64,000 nt of DNA, taken from contig OY762825.2 of NCBI GenBank assembly GCA_963666425.2, positions 2,080,001-2,144,000 on the forward strand. Reading direction: 5' to 3'. A program made the position numbers and the translations under genes. Each line of letters begins with the position of its first letter. Position 1 is the first letter of the stretch. Below, piece after piece: positions 8,721 to 18,219 of this stretch. The notes beneath the pieces are model-generated. The model was not told the DNA's origin and made no database searches. It was given only the letters and a program-made list of their open reading frames with translations. The DNA is from Bacillota bacterium (GTDB taxonomy: Bacteria > Bacillota > JAAYKD01).

Positions 8721-9135
8721 GTAATTGCGTCTCCTCTGCTTTAATTCTTGGCGCTATCTTATCAAGCAGAAGTCGGTCATTATCGTGAGCCAGCATCGCC
8801 TGCACTTCTTCCACCGGAGCAAATACCGCTTCGATGAAGCCTTCCCGTCGGTTTAAGGTATAATAGGGGTCTTCTACCCGCATCCAAAACCAATGCACGA
8901 TTTTATTGTGCAGCCTGCCGGAGGAATTGAATTGATAGCTGGTTTCGCCAATGGCTTCATGAATAACTGCCTTTAAGCCAACTTCTTCTTCCACTTCTCT
9001 TAAGGCCGCAATTTCCGGCGTTTCGTTTTCTTCCAAGTGACCCTTGGGAAAGACCCAGCTGCCAAAGCGGTTGCGTGCCACCAGCACATTGCCGCGATAG
9101 ACGATTACGCCACCTGCCGACTCTTCATTGACCAT
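8695..9135 (-). CDS. NUDIX hydrolase, Ap4A-hydrolase-like
   Basis: GAGGAGG RBS before MVNEESAGGV at 9135; Nudix box WVFPKGHLEENETPEIAALREVEEEVG; overlaps the start of the HAD gene. Confidence 0.85.
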   Translation of the reverse strand: MVNEESAGGVIVYRGNVLVARNRFGSWVFPKGHLEENETPEIAALREVEEEVGLKAVIHEAIGETSYQFNSSGRLHNKIVHWFWMRVEDPYYTLNRREGFIEAVFAPVEEVQAMLAHDNDRLLLDKIAPRIKAEETQLHESDHPAL

Positions 9136-9401
9136 AAAAAACGCCTCCTCGCAGGTTTGTTTCATTGTATACAGTATAGCATATTTCAAAATGAGGGTAA
9201 AGGTAGATCCCTGCGGAATCTGCAGTTTATTCTCAAGCATAAGAGAAAGGAGAACGACAGCAGCAAGAAACACCGCGGCCGAGCGGCCAATCTGTGCAGC
9301 GGGCGATGGACAAAGGAAATGGCTGTCGATGTCTCGAATCAAAGCAGACGACAACAGGAGAAGCTGCGGCAGTGCAAACGCGTGAGAAGGAGGCGGGATC
9401 T

Positions 9402-11177
9402 GTGCAATATCGTTATATTACAAAAACGGAACAGCTGGAAGCAGCCGTAGCGCAGCTGAGCGGCCAGCGGCTGCTGGCGATCAGTATCCAGGCGACAGGT
9501 CCCGATCCTTATTTGCATCCTCTGCAGATGATTGGCTTGAATACAGACAAGGATACGGTTTGGCTGGTGGAATTCACTTGCTTTCCGAATGATGCCAGCA
9601 GAGCCCCTTTACGTCGGTTATTGGGCGACGCCAAGACGGTGAAAGTGCTCTATCAGGCCAAAGAAGCGGTTGAATTCTGCAAAGTCAATAACCTTTTGCT
9701 GCATGGCAGTTTGTTTGATCCTTTTTTGGCGGCTCAATTACTCACAACACAGCAAGGACCGCAGGATTATCAACTGGCTGCTTTGTCGCAGTTTTTTTTG
9801 CAGCATCCGCTGACCGTTCTGCCGGAAGGCAGCAGCCAGGAGCAGCACAGCCGGGAAGACACGCTGCTGCTGCAGGCGCAAGCCACCGCAGTTTTATTAC
9901 CACTGCGTGCGGCGATGGTTAAGCAATTGCTGGAGAATCGGCTGGTGGATGTGGCTAAAATAGAATTCGACTGTGTCTATGGCGTGGCCGATATGGAATT
10001 GACCGGCATGTACTTAAATCAGCAGGAATTGCAGACCTTAGGCGATCAGCTGCACAGGGAAGCTGCCCGCCTGGAAAAAGAGTTGGCTCCCTTGCTTTCT
10101 TCCGAAAAAACACAGATGAATTTACTGGGAGAGGCGGAAACGACGGCGGTCAATCTGGACAGTCCGGAACAGCTGCGCGCCGCCTTAGCGCGCCGCGGCA
10201 TTGATTTACCCGATACCAGCCGGCACACGCTGACACAATTGGCAGCGACTTACCCGGAAGTTGCACAGCTGCTGCAGTACCGTAAAATCGCGAAGCAATT
10301 GAATACTTTTATCGATGCCTTGCCGAGTTTTATCCATCCGCTGACCGGACGGATTCATTCGCATTATCAGCAAATGGGAGCCGGCAGCGGCAGATTTTCC
10401 TGTTCTTCGCCAAATATCCAAGGTACACCCAGGGATGAAGCCTTCCGCAATTGTTTCCAGGCTGCACCGGGCAATGTGCTCGTGATTGCCGATTATTCGC
10501 AAATTGAACTGCGCGTGGCGGCGGAAGTTGCCCAGGATACCCGGATGATCAAAGCCTATCGGGAAGGGCAGGATTTGCATCGCCTCACGGCTGCCTTGGT
10601 TACCGGTCTGCCGATCGAATTAATCGACAAGAAGCAGCGTCAGGCGGCGAAAGCGATTAATTTTGGCCTGGTCTATGCTATGGGAGCCAGGGGACTGCAG
10701 ACTTACGCGCGGGATACGTACGGTGCTGAGATGACGCTGGAACAGGCTGAACAATTCCGGCAGCGCTTCTTTATGGCTTATCGGGGCATTGCCCGCTGGC
10801 ATCAGAAGGTTCGCCTGCAAAATGAAGCAGACCGCAAAGCGGGCGTTCCGGCGGAAACACGTACTCTCAGCGGCAGACGTTATATTTGGAGTACTGCCGC
10901 AGGGTTAGCCGGCTTATACAATATGCCGGTGCAGGGGACGGCAGCCGATATTGCCAAAAAAGCGATCTGCTTGATTGAACAGGAAAATGTCAATCCCAAG
11001 TGGCACCTGATCGGCTTCGTCCACGATGAAATACTGATGGAAGTACCGCAGGAGGATGGTGTGGCTGCCAAGTATTTTTTAAAGACTCAAATGGAACGGG
11101 CAGGTAAATTCATTCTAAAAACAGTTCCCGTGACGGCGGAAGCCAATATCGGCAACAGCTGGGCCGACGCAAAATAA
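9402..11177 (+). CDS. family A DNA polymerase, Klenow-like (no 5' nuclease, degenerate 3'-5' exonuclease domain)
   Basis: AGGAGG RBS before GTG 9402; motif A IADYSQIELR, motif B RQAAKAINFGLVY, motif C FVHDEI; ~590 aa. Confidence 0.9.
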   Translation: MQYRYITKTEQLEAAVAQLSGQRLLAISIQATGPDPYLHPLQMIGLNTDKDTVWLVEFTCFPNDASRAPLRRLLGDAKTVKVLYQAKEAVEFCKVNNLLLHGSLFDPFLAAQLLTTQQGPQDYQLAALSQFFLQHPLTVLPEGSSQEQHSREDTLLLQAQATAVLLPLRAAMVKQLLENRLVDVAKIEFDCVYGVADMELTGMYLNQQELQTLGDQLHREAARLEKELAPLLSSEKTQMNLLGEAETTAVNLDSPEQLRAALARRGIDLPDTSRHTLTQLAATYPEVAQLLQYRKIAKQLNTFIDALPSFIHPLTGRIHSHYQQMGAGSGRFSCSSPNIQGTPRDEAFRNCFQAAPGNVLVIADYSQIELRVAAEVAQDTRMIKAYREGQDLHRLTAALVTGLPIELIDKKQRQAAKAINFGLVYAMGARGLQTYARDTYGAEMTLEQAEQFRQRFFMAYRGIARWHQKVRLQNEADRKAGVPAETRTLSGRRYIWSTAAGLAGLYNMPVQGTAADIAKKAICLIEQENVNPKWHLIGFVHDEILMEVPQEDGVAAKYFLKTQMERAGKFILKTVPVTAEANIGNSWADAK

Positions 11178-11196
11178 AAGTGAGAATCGAATGGAT

Positions 11197-11244
11197 AAAA
11201 AAACCGCCTCCCGCTGTTTAAAAGTACAGCGGGAGGCGGTTTAT
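11197..11244. terminator. bidirectional terminator
   Basis: AAACCGCCTCCCGCTGT...ACAGCGGGAGGCGGTTT flanked by A/T runs. Confidence 0.85.
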
Positions 11245-11280
11245 TCGGCTGAAGTTGATTTATGAAGAAACAGCGTTCTC

Positions 11281-11712
11281 CTATTCGTTTTCGCTTTTTT
11301 GCATATTGTGATACATCCGATCCAGGAAAAGATACAGTTGTTCGATTTCGGATTCATTGAAGTCCTGGTAGCAGATGTTTTCCACTTCAACGAAGATACG
11401 TTCAATTTCCTGCAGCGTTTGCTGTCCTTTATCGGTTAAGAATGTTCGCATGACGCGGCGGTCTTTGGCATCCGCTTCGCGGTAAATCAATTCGGTTTGC
11501 TCCATGCCGCTTAAAATACTGGTTGCGGTAGCCGGTTCGATGTTGCAGCTTTCTGCGATTTCCCGCTGCATGGCGCCGGCATGGGTGGAGAGATAATACA
11601 GTAATTTTGGCTGTGCACTGCTCAGACCTATCTTCGCAAAACGGTTGGTGGTTTCGCGCCAGTGGCTGCGGAACAAACGGCCAAGATAGATATGTAGTTC
11701 ATCGTTCTTCAT
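11281..11712 (-). CDS. MarR family transcriptional regulator
   Basis: 143 aa winged HTH with DRRVMRTFLTDKG wing. Confidence 0.9.
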   Translation of the reverse strand: MKNDELHIYLGRLFRSHWRETTNRFAKIGLSSAQPKLLYYLSTHAGAMQREIAESCNIEPATATSILSGMEQTELIYREADAKDRRVMRTFLTDKGQQTLQEIERIFVEVENICYQDFNESEIEQLYLFLDRMYHNMQKSENE

Positions 11713-11774
11713 GATCTTTACCTTCCTATATCGATTTGATTCGTTTCCTAAACTATTAGCTTCCTTAATATGTA

Positions 11775-11803
11775 ATTATAAATGCGCTTTGCTGCAGTGT
11801 CAA
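11775..11803 (-). promoter_or_regulatory. sigma-A promoter of marR
   Basis: Perfect TTGACA-N17-TATAAT on the minus strand. Confidence 0.8.
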
Positions 11804-11863
11804 GATGAAAAGTACTAGATTTTCGTGTGAATATGAGATATAAGATAATTTCTTCGTTGCTAC

Positions 11864-11893
11864 TTGACACAAACAGATGCTGGGGGTTACAAT
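11864..11893 (+). promoter_or_regulatory. sigma-A promoter of lysS
   Basis: TTGACA-N18-TACAAT upstream of GGAGG RBS. Confidence 0.65.
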
Positions 11894-11925
11894 TATAATT
11901 CAGTAAACTGGTGGAGGTTATGTGA

Positions 11926-13419
11926 ATGGATGTAGAACAATATAAAAACTACTATGATAATTTTGCAGACTATCGCGTCGATAAACTAAAAATGCTGCAG
12001 GAGGCAGGTGTTCAAGTCTATCCTGAGCGCTTTCCTGTCAGCCATGCTTTAAAAGATGCGTATCTCTTACCGGATGGCACAGCGGATGTCCGGATTGCCG
12101 GACGTGTCATTTCAATGCGCAAGATGGGTAAGATTACCTTTGGACATCTGCAGGATCTCGAGGGTAAACTGCAGTTTGTTCTCAAGAAGAATACCTTGGA
12201 AGATCAATATGATTTTTTCCATAAGATTGTCGATATCGGCGATTTCTTTGGTTTTACCGGAACTCTGTTTACCACCAACAGCGGCGAGCGTTCTCTGCAG
12301 GTGGAAAGCTACACTTTTCTGGGTAAGGCGCTGCGGGAATTGCCGGAAAAATGGCATGGTTTGGCGGATACCGAATTACGTTATCGTCAACGCTATCTTG
12401 ATTTGATTTCCAATGAGGAAACCCGCAGGGTCGTCCTGATGCGCTCCAAATTGCTGAGCACGATCCGGCATTTCCTGGAGGATAGGGGCTTTTTGGAAGT
12501 GGAGACACCGATCCTGACCAATAAAGCGTCCGGTGCCCTGGCGACGCCTTTTGTGACCCATCATAATTCACTCGATATGGATGTTTACCTGCGGATCGCG
12601 CCGGAGACTTATCTGAAACGCCTGATCGTAGGCGGCTTTCAGCATGTTTTCGAGGTGGCCCGCTGTTTCAGAAACGAAGGAATCAGTCCGGTCCATTTAC
12701 AGGACTTCACCATGATCGAGGGTTACAGTGCTTACTTTAATTACCAGGATAATATGAAGATGCTGCGGGAATTGATCCTGGCTGTGCTGGAGGAATTGTT
12801 TGGCACCACTTTATTGAAAATCGGTGAGCAGGAGATCGATTTCAGCCAAGAATGGCCGGTCATCTCCTTCCGTGAATTAATCCTTAATGATACAACAATT
12901 GATATCGACGCCTGTCCGGACGCTGCTGCGCTGCTGGCTGCCATTCGCGGACAAGGAATCAAACTGGAACATGAAAATCTGGAGAGCTTAGGCAAAGGGA
13001 ATCTGATTGATCAATTATATAAAAAGGTCAGCCGCCCCTTTATGATCCGTCCGGTTTTTCTGATCTGTCATCCGCTCGATCTTTCTCCGTTGGCGCGGCG
13101 CAATGATGAGAACAATCAGATTGTCGATCGTTTTCAACTGGTAGTCAACGGTGCAGAACTGATCAATGCCTATTCTGAATTGGTCGATCCGGTGGATCAG
13201 CGCATGCGTTTGGAACAGCAGGCAGGCTTGCGCAGTCAAGGCGATGCCGAAGCGATGCCGCTCGATCATGAGTACCTCAAGTCTATGGAATATGGCATGC
13301 CGCCGATTTCTGGTTGGGGCATGGGGATTGATCGCTTATTGCAGGTGCTTTTAAACCTGGAGAATATTCGCGACGGAGTCTTATTTCCCTTGATGCGTCC
13401 TTTGGAAGATGAAGTGTAA
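11926..13419 (+). CDS. lysS: lysine--tRNA ligase, class II
   Basis: OB anticodon domain, LPEKWHGL, RYRQRYLDL, YLRIAPE, FRNEG, EYGMPP..G.GMGIDRL. Confidence 0.95.
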   Translation: MDVEQYKNYYDNFADYRVDKLKMLQEAGVQVYPERFPVSHALKDAYLLPDGTADVRIAGRVISMRKMGKITFGHLQDLEGKLQFVLKKNTLEDQYDFFHKIVDIGDFFGFTGTLFTTNSGERSLQVESYTFLGKALRELPEKWHGLADTELRYRQRYLDLISNEETRRVVLMRSKLLSTIRHFLEDRGFLEVETPILTNKASGALATPFVTHHNSLDMDVYLRIAPETYLKRLIVGGFQHVFEVARCFRNEGISPVHLQDFTMIEGYSAYFNYQDNMKMLRELILAVLEELFGTTLLKIGEQEIDFSQEWPVISFRELILNDTTIDIDACPDAAALLAAIRGQGIKLEHENLESLGKGNLIDQLYKKVSRPFMIRPVFLICHPLDLSPLARRNDENNQIVDRFQLVVNGAELINAYSELVDPVDQRMRLEQQAGLRSQGDAEAMPLDHEYLKSMEYGMPPISGWGMGIDRLLQVLLNLENIRDGVLFPLMRPLEDEV

Positions 13420-13537
13420 ACAAGACAGAGCGAAGGATGGCCGCGCAGCCAAGTCCCGAGGCGGGAAACCGGCGCAGGCAGCGAACCGCGCTCAAATCAG
13501 AACTTTCAATGCTGCAGAGTGAAGAGGTGTAAAGGAC

Positions 13538-14110
13538 ATGCGCTTTTTGGGACGCATTACCGACAGACAAGTGACCGGAGAAGATCTTGGTCTGGTGTCT
13601 CGTATCTCTCGTTATGGCTCAAGAGGCGTGGTCATCAATGATCAGGGAAAAATTGCTTTAATGTACTTAAGAAAGCTCAGTATCTATAAACTGCCCGGCG
13701 GCGGTATCTTAACAGGCGAAAGCAAAGAAGCGGCTTTTATCAGAGAAGTCCGGGAAGAAACCGGTTTTCCGGTGGAAATTTTAGCGGAAATCGGGACGAT
13801 TGAGGAGCATAAAGCCCAAAATCATTATCTGCAGCTTTCTTATTGTTTTGTTGGCAGGGTTTGCGGAGAAGCGATTGGGAATGACTTGAGCGCCAATGAG
13901 AGACGGCTGGGTTTTGAATTGCGTTGGTTTACACCCAAGCAAGCCAGCTTTCGCATGCGCAAGAACCAGTGCGTTGATTATACCATGAAGTATATCCTGC
14001 TGCGTGACCGCGTTGTCCTGCGCGAAGGTTTATATTGGTTAAAGCAGAATCCTCAGCCATTGTTCCGTAAAACAGCTTCCGAAGAACCGAAAACCCAAAG
14101 TGAAGCATAA
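13538..14110 (+). CDS. NUDIX hydrolase
   Basis: Nudix box KLPGGGILTGESKEAAFIREVREETG. Confidence 0.85.
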   Translation: MRFLGRITDRQVTGEDLGLVSRISRYGSRGVVINDQGKIALMYLRKLSIYKLPGGGILTGESKEAAFIREVREETGFPVEILAEIGTIEEHKAQNHYLQLSYCFVGRVCGEAIGNDLSANERRLGFELRWFTPKQASFRMRKNQCVDYTMKYILLRDRVVLREGLYWLKQNPQPLFRKTASEEPKTQSEA

Positions 14111-14246
14111 GACAGATGTTTTTTTAAAGGGACTGGGTTTGATTTTTCATTTTTGTTTCTTTTCATCAATCATTGCACCATGTGGCTGTTTATGCTATAA
14201 AATGTTTTTATTTGACCGGATATGATACACAAATTTCATATGATAG

Positions 14247-14275
14247 GCAGGATTCAGTGAAAACAGCGGCGAATT
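14247..14275 (+). promoter_or_regulatory. sigma-H-type promoter upstream of mreB/mbl
   Basis: GCAGGATTC...GCGAATT, AGGA-N18-GAAT. Confidence 0.6.
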
Positions 14276-14346
14276 TAAATAGAAGCTGCTGAGTCATGCC
14301 TAGATGTTCAGAAGCGATCGAAAGGTACATGGGGAGGATTTTTAAC

Positions 14347-15366
14347 ATGTTTGGTTTTGGTATGGATGTTGGCATCGATTTGGGGACCGCCAGTGTTTTG
14401 GTTTCCATTAAGAATAGAGGTATTGTACTCAATGAACCGTCTGTCGTCGCGGTAGACAGAGATACAGGCAAGATGCTTGCCATCGGGGAAGAAGCGCGCC
14501 AAATGATTGGTCGTACCCCGGGCAATATCATCGCTGTGCGGCCGATGCGGGAAGGTGTCATCGCTGATTATGATGTGACGCAGCAGATGCTGCAGGCGTT
14601 TATTCGCAAAGTCTGCGGTAAAAATCGTTTCTTCGGACCGCGGTTGATGATTGGAGTTCCCTCCGGAATCACAACAGTCGAACAAAGAGCGGTACTGGAA
14701 GCAGCCAGCGAAGCCGGAGCACGCCAGACCTTCCTGATCGAAGAACCTTTGGCAGCTGCCTTGGGTGCCGGTATCGATGTGGCAAAACCGAATGGCGCCA
14801 TCGTGGTGGATATTGGCGGCGGCACAACTGATGTCGCAGTCATTTCTTTAGGCGGCATCGTTGTCTCGGAAGCAGCCCGCATTGCCGGTGATAAGTTGGA
14901 TGAAGCAATCATTCGCTTTATGCGCAATGAATATCGCCTGCTGATTGGCGAACGTACCGCCGAAGATATCAAGATTCAAGCCGGCACTGCCTTTCCGGGT
15001 TCGCGTGAAGTTTATCTGGAAGTGCGCGGACGTGATTTGGTCACCGGTTTGCCTAAAAATGTGACAATCACTTCTCATCAAGCCATGACCGCAATGCAGG
15101 AACCGATCGACAGTATCGTCAGCCTGGTAAAAACCGTTTTGGAACGCACTCCACCGGAATTGGCGGCCGATATTATGGACCGTGGCATCATCATGACCGG
15201 CGGCGGCGCTTTGATTGATGGCCTGGATAAACTGATGACGCAGGAAACCGGGATTCATACTTATGTAGCTGATAACCCGATCGAATGTGTCGGTTTGGGT
15301 ACCTGTCTGGCGCTGGATTCCCTGAATTTCCTGGAAAAGAATCTGATCAGCAGCCGCAAACGCTAG
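14347..15366 (+). CDS. mreB: rod shape-determining actin-like protein MreB/Mbl
   Basis: GIDLGTAS, NEPSVVA, DIGGGTT, TGGGALI; GGAGG RBS before ATG 14347. No mreC follows, so this may be the mbl paralogue. Confidence 0.9.
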   Translation: MFGFGMDVGIDLGTASVLVSIKNRGIVLNEPSVVAVDRDTGKMLAIGEEARQMIGRTPGNIIAVRPMREGVIADYDVTQQMLQAFIRKVCGKNRFFGPRLMIGVPSGITTVEQRAVLEAASEAGARQTFLIEEPLAAALGAGIDVAKPNGAIVVDIGGGTTDVAVISLGGIVVSEAARIAGDKLDEAIIRFMRNEYRLLIGERTAEDIKIQAGTAFPGSREVYLEVRGRDLVTGLPKNVTITSHQAMTAMQEPIDSIVSLVKTVLERTPPELAADIMDRGIIMTGGGALIDGLDKLMTQETGIHTYVADNPIECVGLGTCLALDSLNFLEKNLISSRKR

Positions 15367-15385
15367 ACAATTGTTTTTCTCGTTA

Positions 15386-15426
15386 TAAAAATCCGCCCGA
15401 GCACTCAGCTCAGGCGGATTTTTTTC
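15386..15426. terminator. bidirectional terminator
   Basis: AAAAATCCGCC...GGCGGATTTTTTT. Confidence 0.85.
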
Positions 15427-15456
15427 ATCGAAATGAGGAAACGGGTAAGCGAAAGC

Positions 15457-17130
15457 TTAACCGATTTCCATGATAATCGGTAGGATCATCGGCGTGCGTT
15501 CGGTCTTTTCAAACAAATAGCCGCTCAAGGCATCCCGTAAGCTGTTTTTAATCAGGTTTAGGTCGGTATTGCCGATTTGAACCTGTTCTGCCACGATACC
15601 CTTGACCAACTGACGGATGTCCCGCATCAGTTCTTCCGATTCCTTGACATAAATAAAACCACGGGTCAGAATTTCCGGTCCGCTGAGGATATTTTTATGG
15701 CTATGGTCCATTGCCATCACTACCGTTAGGGTGCCATCCAAAGACAATTGCTTTCTGTCACGCAGCACCACATTGCCCACGTCGCCGACGCCCGAGCCGT
15801 CGACATAAACCGGACCGGCTGTGACGGTGCCGACCTTACGCAGCGATTCTTCGGAAATCTCAATCACGTCGCCGATTTCCGCCAAATAACTGCGGGCACG
15901 GCCGATGCCCATTTCTTCGGCCAAACGCACCATGCTGGCCTGATGCCGGTACTCGCCATGGAAAGGGATGACATAACGCGGCTGCGTCAGGCTGAGGATC
16001 AGTTTTAATTCTTCGCGGCTGGCATGACCAGAAACGTGGACCTCGCTCATCCCCTGATGGATGACGGTAGCACCGCAGCGATAGAGTCCGTCGATGACTT
16101 TGCTGACCAAGCGCTCATTGCCGGGGATTGGCGAAGAGGAGAGGATGACCAGATCACCCTCGCGAATGTTGACTTTGGGATGGCTCTGCACGGCCATGCG
16201 GGTCAGTCCGGCCAGCGGTTCCCCTTGGGAACCGGTAGAAATAATCAGCAGTTCATTGTCTTTGATCGAACTGACTGCTTCAATTGGCAGATAGTTTTTA
16301 TCATTATATTTTAAGTAACCCAAACGGCCGGCAATCTCAATATTATTGATCATGCTGCGGCCGACCGCTGAAACCTTGCGGCCGTATTTTTCTGCAACAT
16401 CAAAGACTTGCTGGATGCGATGAATATTGGAAGCGAACGAGGCGATGATGATGCGGCCTTCGGTATGGCTGCGCAGAATTTCTTCAAACGTTTTACCAAC
16501 GACGCGCTCCGATTTGGTGAAGCCTTCCCGCTCGGCATTGGTCGAGTCGATCATCAGCGCCAGTACGCCTTCCTGACCATAGGCGCCCAGCTTCTGCAAA
16601 TTGATCGTCGGTCCGGAGACCGGCGTCTGGTCAATCTTAAAGTCGCCGGTATGGATCAGGATGCCTGCCGGTGTGCGGATAGCCAAAGCAAAGCTATCCG
16701 GGATGCTGTGATTATTCTGGATAAATTCAACTTTGAAATGGCGGCCAAACTGCACGATGTCACCGTTTTGAATCGTGTGGGTTTCCGCTGTTAATTTGTG
16801 TTCTTTCAGCTTGTTTTCCAATAAGCCCAAGGTCAGCGTGGAACCCCAAATTGGAATTTTGAGCTGCTGTTCCAGATAAGCGACCCCGCCGATGTGGTCT
16901 TCGTGACCATGGGTGAGACAGAGTCCTTTGATCAGGTCCTTGTGTTCCAAGACGTAAGAAAAATTGGGAATGATGTAATCGATGCCGGGCATATCGTCCC
17001 CGGGGAATTTTAAACCGGTATCGATCAGGATGATTTCCTGCCCAAAACGCAGTGCCGTCATATTCTTACCGATTTCGCTCACACCGCCCAAGGGAATGAG
17101 TTGTAATTTGTTTGTACCTTTTTTAGCCAT
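15457..17130 (-). CDS. rnj: ribonuclease J
   Basis: PLGGVSEIGKNM, THGHEDHIG, HTGDFK, GSQGEP, HVSGH, HGEYRH. Confidence 0.95.
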   Translation of the reverse strand: MAKKGTNKLQLIPLGGVSEIGKNMTALRFGQEIILIDTGLKFPGDDMPGIDYIIPNFSYVLEHKDLIKGLCLTHGHEDHIGGVAYLEQQLKIPIWGSTLTLGLLENKLKEHKLTAETHTIQNGDIVQFGRHFKVEFIQNNHSIPDSFALAIRTPAGILIHTGDFKIDQTPVSGPTINLQKLGAYGQEGVLALMIDSTNAEREGFTKSERVVGKTFEEILRSHTEGRIIIASFASNIHRIQQVFDVAEKYGRKVSAVGRSMINNIEIAGRLGYLKYNDKNYLPIEAVSSIKDNELLIISTGSQGEPLAGLTRMAVQSHPKVNIREGDLVILSSSPIPGNERLVSKVIDGLYRCGATVIHQGMSEVHVSGHASREELKLILSLTQPRYVIPFHGEYRHQASMVRLAEEMGIGRARSYLAEIGDVIEISEESLRKVGTVTAGPVYVDGSGVGDVGNVVLRDRKQLSLDGTLTVVMAMDHSHKNILSGPEILTRGFIYVKESEELMRDIRQLVKGIVAEQVQIGNTDLNLIKNSLRDALSGYLFEKTERTPMILPIIMEIG

Positions 17131-17538
17131 GTTACCTCCATAAGTTTCGCGATAACCTTGTTATCTTGACCGTATTTACTCTGATTTCAGCTGTCTTGTG
17201 GTATAACAGCGCTTTGGTCTGTTTGCCTGCAGCTTTTTATAATTATGCTTAGAAATTGACCAGCATAAATCCTAGTTATTCTATTTTACTCTCTTTTACA
17301 TTTTTTCACAACAGGTAAACTCCACTTATTGCTAACATTTTATGAAATAATTCGCGTAGTAAAGGAAAACAAAATCACTTCGTCGAAGTTTCATGCAAGT
17401 TCCTCTGATTTTTAAGGAACTTTCAGGGTACTGCCTTTCGTCTTTAATCAAGACAGAATGTAATATAGATCGATATGTGTCAAACAAAAGTGTCTTCGGC
17501 TGCGCTCGTGAGCAGTCGGTGTCAGCAGGAGGAGAATC

Positions 17539-18219
17539 ATGTTTACTTTTGATTCAGTCAGTAAGATATATAACAACAGGGTGCAGGCTTTGGATAATGT
17601 TTCCTTTTCGATCGAGAAAGGAGAATTCGTTTATTTGGTTGGTCCCAGCGGTGCCGGTAAATCGACGATTTTACGCCTGATGACGGCGGAAGAACGTCCG
17701 ACAAGCGGTAAGATTACCTTGGATACACAAATCATCAATCGTTTGCGCCGCAACCGGGTGGCGGCTTTACGCCGCAGACTTGGCGTCGTTTTTCAGGATT
17801 ACCGGCTGTTGTCACAGAAAACGGTTTATGAAAATGTGGCGTTTGCCATGCAGGTCGTGGAAGCATCCAATCGGGAGATTCATAACCGGGTGCCTTTGCT
17901 GCTGGAATTGGTAGGTCTGTCAACCCGATCCAAATCTTTTCCCGATCAGCTTTCCGGCGGCGAGAAGCAGCGGGTGGCTATTGCCAGAGCACTGGCCAAT
18001 GACCCCGGTATCCTAATTTGTGATGAACCAACCGGCAATTTGGATCCGGCAACTTCCTGGGAAATCATGCGCCTCTTAGGTTTGGTCAACGAGCGCGGCA
18101 TGACTGTGATTATGGCGACACATGATAAAGAAATGGTCAACCGTATGAAGCATCGGGTCATTGTGATGGAAGGCGGCAAGAAAGTAAATGAACGCTTGGA
18201 AGGGGGATACAACAATTGA
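17539..18219 (+). CDS. ftsE: cell division ATP-binding protein FtsE
   Basis: GPSGAGKS, LSGGEKQR, DEPTGNLDP, GVVFQDYRLL; upstream of ftsX. Confidence 0.95.
   Translation: MFTFDSVSKIYNNRVQALDNVSFSIEKGEFVYLVGPSGAGKSTILRLMTAEERPTSGKITLDTQIINRLRRNRVAALRRRLGVVFQDYRLLSQKTVYENVAFAMQVVEASNREIHNRVPLLLELVGLSTRSKSFPDQLSGGEKQRVAIARALANDPGILICDEPTGNLDPATSWEIMRLLGLVNERGMTVIMATHDKEMVNRMKHRVIVMEGGKKVNERLEGGYNN

Noticed and set aside
11759-11786. dif-like sequence GCTTCCTTAAT-ATGTAA-TTATAAATGCG
   Set aside because: The XerD arm matches TTATGTAAACT poorly, and the site coincides with the marR -10/operator region
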